From assembly GCA_051155755.1 (NCBI GenBank), contig DAXETY010000002.1, positions 26,860 through 90,859 of the forward strand: a stretch of 64,000 nucleotides of DNA. Direction: 5' to 3'. Both the position numbers and the translations under genes were made by a program. Below, piece by piece: positions 57,228 through 64,000 of the stretch. Source of the DNA: Desulfobacterales bacterium (lineage in GTDB: Bacteria; Desulfobacterota; Desulfobacteria; Desulfobacterales; SG8-13). Numbering within the stretch: the first letter of the stretch is position 1; each line of letters starts with the position of its first letter. The notes under the pieces were generated by a model. It was given only the letters and a program-made list of their open reading frames with translations. It did no database searches and had not been told where the DNA came from.

Positions 57228-58044
57228 GATCTCCGCTCCGTCGGGTCGAAGGCCGCATTGAATCCGGTCCCGGATGGCCGTATCCCATGGCCTCCGACAA
57301 CTGTGCCGCCGTTTGCCGCAATCGATCGAGGCAGGCGCGTCGATGGTCCCGATTCCGATAGCGAATCTCCGGTATCGCCAGGCTCAGGGCCGCCAGAACC
57401 AGACCGTGATGCCCCAGCACCGGTGCACTTAACGAACCGAGACCCGGCGTTCGCTCTCCCAGGCTGCCGGCATAACCGCGGCGCCGGATCCGTTCGATTT
57501 CGTCCCGCAGTGCCCCGGGGTCGGTGAGCGTGTTCTCCGTCAGCGCAACCAGGTTGACCTGCTGCAGATAATTCTGGATAAACTCCGGCGGACTGAAGGC
57601 CAACAGACATTTGGACGAGGCCCCGGCGTAAAGGGGAGAGCGGTGACCCAGCGGCATTCCGGCCTTCAATTGCTGGGCGGACTCGACATGCTCGATACAG
57701 ATTCGCTCCTCGCCGTCGATCACGTTCAAATGAACCGTTTCCTGGGTGAGAGACATTAAATCCTGCATTGGCGGCAGGGCCTGCCGGGTGATGGGATAGC
57801 GGCTTTGCAGCGCATTAAGAAAACGAAAGTAAACATGGCCCAACCGATACTGCCGGGTGTGTTCTTCCTGAACGACAAACCCGTATTCTTTCAGGTTCTG
57901 CAGCAGGCGCTGAACGGTTGCCGGACTGAGTTTCAGGGCCGCACTCAATTGCCGCACGCCCCAGACGGGCCGCTCTTCCGTAAATGCCAGGAGAATGCAA
58001 AGGGCCTTCTCCACCGAATTCAAGCTTGACGATTTTTGTTTCAT
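57211..58044 (-). CDS. IclR family transcriptional regulator
   Basis: N-terminal wHTH (SVEKALCILLAF...VRQLSAALKLSPATVQRLLQNL) plus a C-terminal IclR effector domain. An alternative start at 58056 is possible. Confidence 0.85.
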   Translation of the reverse strand: MKQKSSSLNSVEKALCILLAFTEERPVWGVRQLSAALKLSPATVQRLLQNLKEYGFVVQEEHTRQYRLGHVYFRFLNALQSRYPITRQALPPMQDLMSLTQETVHLNVIDGEERICIEHVESAQQLKAGMPLGHRSPLYAGASSKCLLAFSPPEFIQNYLQQVNLVALTENTLTDPGALRDEIERIRRRGYAGSLGERTPGLGSLSAPVLGHHGLVLAALSLAIPEIRYRNRDHRRACLDRLRQTAAQLSEAMGYGHPGPDSMRPSTRRSGDHEPRQ

Positions 58045-58046
58045 AA

Positions 58047-58065
58047 TATAAAACATTGTTTTATA
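58047..58065. promoter_or_regulatory. perfect palindrome TATAAAAC-ATT-GTTTTATA (operator candidate)
   Basis: Read directly. Abuts the IclR start codon in the divergent control region. Confidence 0.4.
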
Positions 58066-58134
58066 AATTTATGCCAGATCGAAAAAGCGGTGTCAACCGG
58101 ATTGTTTGGCTCTTACCGCCCGCGCCGAAAGCCC

Positions 58135-58164
58135 TTGACAGTCGGAACGGCGGATAGCTATAGG
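58135..58164 (+). promoter_or_regulatory. sigma70-like promoter candidate for the acyl-CoA dehydrogenase operon
   Basis: TTGACA at 58135..58140, an 18-nt spacer, then TATAGG. Overlaps the adjacent palindromes ATAGCTAT and GTAGCTAC. Confidence 0.35.
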
Positions 58165-58269
58165 GTAGCTACATCGATGGGCGATCGTCGCGGCACCGGC
58201 AGCTCGATGCATCGCGGCCGCAATCCGGAAAATCGAACCAATCTGATTCAACCCTCATGGAGGCTGGAA

Positions 58270-59439
58270 ATGCAATTCGCGTTAAGCAAAGAACTGGAAA
58301 TGCTGCGCAAGGCGGTAAGGGAATTTGCCGATAAGAAAATCGCACCCAATGCGGATGCCTGGGATGCCGATCATTATTTCCCCTACAAAGAGGCGGTGAA
58401 GCCCATGGCCGAGCTGGGTTTTTTCGGCACGGTCATCCCGGAAGAATACGACGGCGAAGGCATGGATGAAGGCTGGCTGGCGGCCATGATCGTCAGTGAG
58501 GAGCTTGCGCGGGTTTCCAGCTCGCTGCGCGTGCAGGTCAATATGCTGACGCTCGGATGCGCCTACACGATCTACCGTTACGGCAACGATGCGCTAAAAG
58601 AAAAATACGTTGCCAAGCTGGTCAACGCCGACTTCATAGGCGGCTTCGGCATCACCGAGCCCGACGCCGGCTCGGACGTGATGGCCATGCAATCCACGGC
58701 CGAAGACCGCGGCGACCACTGGCTGTTGAATGGATCGAAAACCTGGATTTCCAACGCAAACATCGCCGACGTTCTCATCTATTACGCCTACACCGACCCG
58801 GCCCAGGGTTCCAAAGGCATGTCGGCCTTCGTGCTGGAACCGAAAAATTTCAACGGCGTCAAGACCTCCGTGCTGGAAAAAATGGGATCCCACAGCTCGC
58901 CCACCGGAGAGATTTTTCTGACCGACACCCGCCTTCCCAAGGAAAACATCCTGGGCAATCCCGGTGACGGCGCCCGGATTTTGTTCAGTTCTCTGAATCA
59001 GACCCGCCTGTCGGCCGCCGCCGGGGCCGTCGGGCTGTCCCAGGCCTGCCTGGAGGAGGTCGTCAAATACTGCAAGCAGCGCAAGCAGTTCGGAAAATCC
59101 ATCGGCGACTTCCAGATGAACCAGGATTTGATCGCGCAGATGTCCACGGAGATCGAGGCGGCCCGGCTGCTGGTCTACAAAGCCGCCTGGGCCAAAGATC
59201 AGGGTCGGCTGAACAACGGGCTGGACGTCGCCCAGGCCAAATACTTCGCCGGTGAGGTCGCCGCCAAGTGCGCCAATTACGCCATGCGGATTCTGGGCGC
59301 CTATGGGTACTCGACCGAATATCCGGTGGCCCGTTTTTACCGGGATGCACCCACCTACACCATGGTGGAAGGCTCGGCCAACATTTGCAAATGGATCATT
59401 GCACTGGACCAGCTGGGCATCCGCAAAGCCAATCGTTGA
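58270..59439 (+). CDS. acyl-CoA dehydrogenase (possibly glutaryl-CoA dehydrogenase type)
   Basis: ATG at 58270 after GGAGG. GITEPDAGSD, WISNA and YTMVEGSANI (catalytic Glu context). Confidence 0.9.
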   Translation: MQFALSKELEMLRKAVREFADKKIAPNADAWDADHYFPYKEAVKPMAELGFFGTVIPEEYDGEGMDEGWLAAMIVSEELARVSSSLRVQVNMLTLGCAYTIYRYGNDALKEKYVAKLVNADFIGGFGITEPDAGSDVMAMQSTAEDRGDHWLLNGSKTWISNANIADVLIYYAYTDPAQGSKGMSAFVLEPKNFNGVKTSVLEKMGSHSSPTGEIFLTDTRLPKENILGNPGDGARILFSSLNQTRLSAAAGAVGLSQACLEEVVKYCKQRKQFGKSIGDFQMNQDLIAQMSTEIEAARLLVYKAAWAKDQGRLNNGLDVAQAKYFAGEVAAKCANYAMRILGAYGYSTEYPVARFYRDAPTYTMVEGSANICKWIIALDQLGIRKANR

Positions 59440-59502
59440 CGGCTGAAGCGATCAACCCCGGCGCCATCGAATGCCTCCCCGCGCAAGGAAAGGTAAAAGC
59501 CT

Positions 59503-59910
59503 TTGACCGACAAGGAAATCATCGAAAAAACCCGCAAGACCGCTTCCCTGTATTTCGAAAACGTGGAAGGGGAACGGCCCTTCGAGCTTTGGCGCGCGTT
59601 CGATCCGCAATTGGCCAAAGACATGTCGCTGTTTATCACCGGTCGGATGTACGCCCGGGAAAAACTGCCGCATCCCGTGCGCCAGCTGGTCACCGTCGCC
59701 GCGCTGACCGTGCTGGGACGGGAAGATGAACTGCGGCTGCATATTCAGGCGGCACTCAATGTGGGCTGTGCGCCCCGGCAGATCGCCGAAACGATTTTTC
59801 AAACCTTGACCTACGGCGGCGTGCCCACGGTCAACACCGCCCTGAAAGTCCTGCGGGCGGTGCTGCAAGAGCGGGGCATGTGGCCGCTGGCCGACGAGGA
59901 ACTCGCCTAG
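59503..59910 (+). CDS. carboxymuconolactone decarboxylase (AhpD-like) family protein
   Basis: TTG start. 135 aa. The helical LVTVAALTVLGREDELRLHIQAALNVG pattern is typical of the CMD family. Confidence 0.7.
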   Translation: MTDKEIIEKTRKTASLYFENVEGERPFELWRAFDPQLAKDMSLFITGRMYAREKLPHPVRQLVTVAALTVLGREDELRLHIQAALNVGCAPRQIAETIFQTLTYGGVPTVNTALKVLRAVLQERGMWPLADEELA

Positions 59911-59986
59911 CGAACGGCGCGCCCGCCATGCAGGGCGCCGGTGCGGAAATTGGGCCATCCAACGCAGAAAAACCGGGGGACCGAAT

Positions 59987-61720
59987 ATGAGACCGTATTT
60001 CGAAAAAATGACAGAGTTCGGACAGCCGCTGAACGAAGGGCAGATCAAAAGTACCGAAGAAAACCTTCGACAAATCCGGGAGGTCGAAAACGAGATTCGC
60101 CGGGAAGTCGAAAAGGTCCAGCAGGCCGGATTCCCGGAAGAAAAAATCAATGCCCGGGGCATGATGACGGTCTGGCAGCGGCTGCGCTACCTGGTCGATC
60201 CGGGAACCTGGTGCCCCCTGCACATGCTTTACAATCCGGAGGAAAATCCCGAGGGCACCACCAATGTCATCGACGGGCTGGGAAAAATCTCCGGCAAATG
60301 GGCGGTGGTGATCGGATTCGACAACAAGGTCTTCGCCGGTGCCTGGTTGCCGGGGCAGTATGAAAACATCCTGCGGGCCACCGATCTTTCCAAACGGCTG
60401 AACATCCCGCTGGTCTGGCTGGTGAACTGCAGCGGCGTAAAACTGACCGAGCAGGAAAAATTTTATGCCGACCGCCGCGGCGGCGGCACCACGTTCTTCC
60501 GCCACGCCGAACTGGAACAGCTGGGCATCCCGGTGCTGGCCGCCATCTACGGGACCAATCCGGCCGGAGGCGGCTATCAGGGCATCAGCCCCACGGTGCT
60601 GTTCGCCCACAAAAACTGCAACATCGCCGTGGGCGGAGGCGGCATCCTCAGCGGCATGTCGCCCAAGGGATACTTCGACCAGGAAGGCGCCGAACAGCTG
60701 ATCAAGGCCGCCAAACAGTACAAGGTCGAGCCGCCGGGCTCGGTCAAAATACATTACGACCAGACCGGATTTTTCCGCTATGTCTACGAGGAGGAAACCC
60801 AGGTCCTCGACGGCGTAAAGGACTTCATGGCCGACATGCCGGCTTACCATCCCAAGTTTTTCCGCGTCGCCGCACCCAATCCCCCGCGGTTCCCGTCCGA
60901 GGAGATCGCCCGCCTGGTGCCCTTCAATCAGAAGCAAATGTACGACTTCGACCAGGTGCTGGCACGCCTGGTGGACGGCAGTGAGCACATGGAATTCCGA
61001 CCGGACTACGGACCGGAAGTCTACACCGGCCTGTGCAAGGTGGACGGATTCCTGGTGGGCTGTATCGGCAACCGCCAGGGATATCTGGGCGAAGATTATC
61101 CCGAATACGCACCGTATCCGGGCATCGGGGGAAAGCTCTACCGCCAGGGGCTGATCAAGATGAACGAATTCGTCACCCTCTGCGGACGCGACCGGGTTCC
61201 GATCATCTGGTTCCAGGACACCACCGGCATCGACGTGGGCGACCTGGCGGAAAAAGCCGAGCTGCTCGGGCTGGGTCAGTCCTTGATTTACTCCATTCAG
61301 CAAACCGAGGTGCCCATGATGCTGGTGGTTTTGCGCAAGGGCAGTGCGGCGGCCCACTACATCATGGGCGGGCCCACCGCCAACCGGCACAATGCGTTTA
61401 CCCTGGGGGTGCCGACCACCGAAATTTACGTGATGCACGGCGAAACCGCAGCGGCGGCTTCGTTTTCGCGCCGGCTGGTCAAAGAAAAAGACGCCGGTCG
61501 TCCCCTGGAGCCGGTCATCGAGAAGATGAACGAAATGGTCCAGGAATATTACGACAAATCGCGCCCGATTTACTGCGCCCGTCACGGATTCGTGGACGAG
61601 GTCGTTGCCATGGCGGAAATCCGCCGGTACCTGACGGCCTTTGCCGGAGCCGCGTACCAGAATCCCAAATCCATCTGCCCCCATCACCAGATGCTGCTGC
61701 CCCGCAGCATTCGCGGTTGA
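59987..61720 (+). CDS. acyl-CoA carboxyltransferase, glutaconyl-CoA decarboxylase alpha (GcdA)-like
   Basis: 577 aa with two crotonase-like carboxyltransferase halves. The N-terminus and length resemble GcdA as I recall it. Confidence 0.8.
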   Translation: MRPYFEKMTEFGQPLNEGQIKSTEENLRQIREVENEIRREVEKVQQAGFPEEKINARGMMTVWQRLRYLVDPGTWCPLHMLYNPEENPEGTTNVIDGLGKISGKWAVVIGFDNKVFAGAWLPGQYENILRATDLSKRLNIPLVWLVNCSGVKLTEQEKFYADRRGGGTTFFRHAELEQLGIPVLAAIYGTNPAGGGYQGISPTVLFAHKNCNIAVGGGGILSGMSPKGYFDQEGAEQLIKAAKQYKVEPPGSVKIHYDQTGFFRYVYEEETQVLDGVKDFMADMPAYHPKFFRVAAPNPPRFPSEEIARLVPFNQKQMYDFDQVLARLVDGSEHMEFRPDYGPEVYTGLCKVDGFLVGCIGNRQGYLGEDYPEYAPYPGIGGKLYRQGLIKMNEFVTLCGRDRVPIIWFQDTTGIDVGDLAEKAELLGLGQSLIYSIQQTEVPMMLVVLRKGSAAAHYIMGGPTANRHNAFTLGVPTTEIYVMHGETAAAASFSRRLVKEKDAGRPLEPVIEKMNEMVQEYYDKSRPIYCARHGFVDEVVAMAEIRRYLTAFAGAAYQNPKSICPHHQMLLPRSIRG

Positions 61721-61723
61721 TTC

Positions 61724-61884
61724 CTGCCCGCACCGGGTGGTGCGCACCCGGTGCAAATTCCACATCAAAGCACAAAAGTGCTTTTTGACTCTGCCGGCCC
61801 CCGTCCCTTGCCGGGTCCGCCGCCCGGCAAGGCGATTTCCCGCATCCGATCCGGGGGGCTCGTCGCTTCGCGGTGTATCCCCCT
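61724..61884 (+). repeat. dispersed multi-hairpin intergenic repeat, copy 3 (divergent variant)
   Basis: Shares GCACCGGGTG..CACCCGGTGCAA(A/G)TTC(C/A)ACATC(A/G)AAGCACAAAA(G/A)TGCTT with copies 1 and 2. After that it has analogous but different hairpins (CCTTGCCGGG/CCCGGCAAGG; CGCTTCGCG). Confidence 0.7.
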
Positions 61885-62094
61885 GCAATGCTTCCCTGCA
61901 ATGAGCGCTTCCAATTTTCGAAAAAACCTAAATCTCAATTCGATCTCTCTGATAATAAAGGCCTGTTATTTCGAAATGCGCACGGGGACGTCCACCGCGC
62001 TGAAAGACATCGAAGTTTGGTTCGAATCGACCTTTTTTTCATCCCCCCGATGCTTATTATTGACCTTCGACGATTGATTCGTACCGTGAACGGA

Positions 62095-62117
62095 GTGTTT
62101 CAAATTTCTCGAAAATA
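62095..62117. promoter_or_regulatory. AT-rich motif GTGTTTCAAATTTCTCGAAAATA upstream of uvrA
   Basis: 40 nt upstream of the uvrA ATG. About 19 of 23 positions (one indel) match 9440..9462. Confidence 0.25.
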
Positions 62118-62156
62118 CCGTTTTGAATTCCATTAACCGGACAAACCAAGGAACCG

Positions 62157-64000
62157 ATGCAACCTCTGCAAGCCATCCGGGTTCGTGATGCCCGGCAAAA
62201 TAACCTCAAAAATCTGGACCTCGACATCCCCCTGAATCGAATCACCGTGATCTCGGGCGTCAGCGGTTCGGGAAAATCATCCCTGGCGTTCGACACCCTG
62301 TATGCGGAAGGCCAGCGCCGCTACGTCGAGACATTTTCCCCCTATGCGCGGCAATTCATGGACCGCATGGATCGCCCCCACGTGGGACGCATCGAAGGCA
62401 TACCGCCCGCCGTCGCCATTGACCGTAAAGACCCGGTGCGCACCTCTCGCTCCACCGTCGGCACCATGACAGAAATCACCGACTACGTAAAACTGCTGTT
62501 TGCGCGTCTGGCACAACTGCACTGCCGTAGCTGCGGTCGACCGGTGGTGGAAGACACTCCCGGTCGGATCTGGCAAAAACTGAAAGACCACCTCGGCTCC
62601 GAGCTGATTCTGACTTTCCCCTATGCCGGAGAAGGCACCGAGGCAGCCTCCGTTCGCCGGGAGCTGGCCCAGCTGGGATACGACCGCTGGTTCGACGGGA
62701 AACAAATCCGCCCCCTGGCCGATTGGCAACCGGCCGACACGGACCGCCCGGTGGATGTCGTGGCCGACCGGATCAAGCTTGCACAGCAGAGCCGCAGCCG
62801 CCTGATCGACTCGATCGAACTTGCTTTCCGATTCGGCGGCGACCGGATGGATGCCTGGGTGGCGCGCAACCGCCGCGTGCCCTTCAGCCGCCACCTGGAA
62901 TGCCCCCACTGCGAAATCTCCTACAGTCCGCCGCTGCCGAGCCTGTTTTCTTTCAACAGTCCGGTGGGCGCCTGTACGAACTGTCGGGGGTTCGGACGCA
63001 CCATCGACATCGATCTGGATCTGATCATTCCGGACCGGGACCGATCCATCGCAGGCGGCGCCATCAAACCCTGGGGGGACCGTCGGGAACACCGGGCCGA
63101 GTTCGAAGACCTGATGGAATTCTGCCGACGGCAGAAAATCCCGGTCGACCGGCCGTTTCGAAAACTCAGCGATGCCCAGCAACGGGCCGTCGTGGAGGGC
63201 GAATCGGGTTTTTACGGTGTCCGCGGTTTTTTCCAGTGGCTGGAAAGCAAAACCTACAAAATGCCGGTCCGCGTGTTTCTCTCCCGCTACCGCAGCTATG
63301 ATCTGTGCACCGAGTGCCGGGGGGCGCGCTTCAAACCCGAAACCCTGCTCTACCGGCTCGGCGGCCGCAACATCGCCGAAATTTACGCCCTGGACGTGGA
63401 CCGGGCGGCGGACTTTTTCCGCGAACTCGAGGTGGCTCCGCAGGACGAAGCCGGGATGCTGGTGCTGCAGGAGGTTCGCAGCCGCCTGCAATACCTGCAG
63501 GACGTCGGGCTCGGTTACCTGACCCTGGACCGGCAATCCCGCACGCTGTCCGGCGGCGAAGTCCAGCGCGTGGCCCTGGCCTCCTCGCTGGGTTCGTCGC
63601 TGGTCAACACGCTTTACATCCTGGACGAACCCAGCATCGGACTGCATCCGCGGGACAATCACCGGCTGATCCGCATCCTGAAAAATCTGCGCGACCTGTC
63701 AAATACCGTGGTGGTGGTCGAACACGACCCCGAAATCATTCGCTCCGCCGACTTCCTGCTCGACCTGGGGCCGCGGGCCGGCGAGCAGGGCGGGGAGGTG
63801 ATGTATTTCGGCCCGACCGCCAAGGTCAACGGATCCCTGACCGGTCAATACCTCAAGGGCAGCCGTCGCATTGCCCTGCCGAAACAGCGCCGAAGTGCTC
63901 CCCTCCGGGACCGGATCCGCATTGAAGGCGCGGCGGCCCACAACCTGAAGTCGATCGACGTGGAGATTCCGCTTCAATGCATGGTGGCACTGACCGGAGT
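62157..64000 (+). CDS. uvrA: excinuclease ABC subunit A family protein (5' partial, runs off the window)
   Basis: ATG at 62157. GVSGSGKSSLAFDTLYAEGQRRYVE, CxxC zinc modules, LSGGEVQRV, LYILDEPSIGLH. The second ABC module starts near the window end. Confidence 0.9.
   Translation, partial: MQPLQAIRVRDARQNNLKNLDLDIPLNRITVISGVSGSGKSSLAFDTLYAEGQRRYVETFSPYARQFMDRMDRPHVGRIEGIPPAVAIDRKDPVRTSRSTVGTMTEITDYVKLLFARLAQLHCRSCGRPVVEDTPGRIWQKLKDHLGSELILTFPYAGEGTEAASVRRELAQLGYDRWFDGKQIRPLADWQPADTDRPVDVVADRIKLAQQSRSRLIDSIELAFRFGGDRMDAWVARNRRVPFSRHLECPHCEISYSPPLPSLFSFNSPVGACTNCRGFGRTIDIDLDLIIPDRDRSIAGGAIKPWGDRREHRAEFEDLMEFCRRQKIPVDRPFRKLSDAQQRAVVEGESGFYGVRGFFQWLESKTYKMPVRVFLSRYRSYDLCTECRGARFKPETLLYRLGGRNIAEIYALDVDRAADFFRELEVAPQDEAGMLVLQEVRSRLQYLQDVGLGYLTLDRQSRTLSGGEVQRVALASSLGSSLVNTLYILDEPSIGLHPRDNHRLIRILKNLRDLSNTVVVVEHDPEIIRSADFLLDLGPRAGEQGGEVMYFGPTAKVNGSLTGQYLKGSRRIALPKQRRSAPLRDRIRIEGAAAHNLKSIDVEIPLQCMVALTG

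Overview
GC-rich chromosomal segment with no rRNA, tRNA, CRISPR array, transposase or integrase that I can see. The gene content points to a deltaproteobacterial, Desulfobacterales-type sulfate reducer. That attribution rests on a complete dsrMKJOP operon, tandem moeA genes and an anaerobic acyl-CoA module. I support about 60 protein-coding genes. From left to right they are: DUF3786 / divergent glyA-like / DUF2148; the minus-strand rplU-rpmA-obg-proB-nadD-rsfS operon; a MOSC gene; dsrMKJOP preceded by an RsbRD_N-type gene; a five-gene envelope operon (LpoB-like, COG3014-like, LPP20-domain, secreted trypsin-like protease, LPP20); a kinase-like plus ICMT-like pair; an orphan AmmeMemoRadiSam-type radical SAM enzyme with a methyltransferase; a DEAD-box helicase; isochorismatase-moeA-moeA/PBP; uppP; a geranylgeranyl-reductase-family flavoprotein; two paralogous PilZ-like genes; an MFS transporter; dnaJ; queD; pyrE; tolC-ftsE-ftsX-envC-ctpA-yibQ; a FIST-PP2C phosphatase; a TAXI-TRAP transporter; and a CoA-transferase / acyl-CoA dehydrogenase / GcdA-like carboxyltransferase module with an IclR regulator. 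The window ends in a partial uvrA. The parts I judge most worth follow-up are: (1) a 1.37-kb non-coding island between the two PilZ-like paralogs that carries three orphan transcription units, each closed by a terminator (promoter support is good for units 1 and 3, weak for unit 2). One of these small-RNA candidates exposes a 16S-3'-end-like CCUCCUUU tract and another is GGA-rich. (2) A dispersed, multi-hairpin intergenic repeat of about 135-160 bp in three copies, one of which splits ftsE from ftsX. (3) The lipoprotein/protease operon. (4) A TolC-family gene whose stop overlaps the ftsE start. (5) A glyA-like gene whose remembered active-site motifs are systematically substituted. (6) Recurrent AT-rich TTCAAA/TTTGAA-type palindromes and palindromic GGGCGTTCAAG modules. 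All family assignments come from motif-level reading and memory, not from database searches. All RNA and regulatory calls are sequence-pattern hypotheses.
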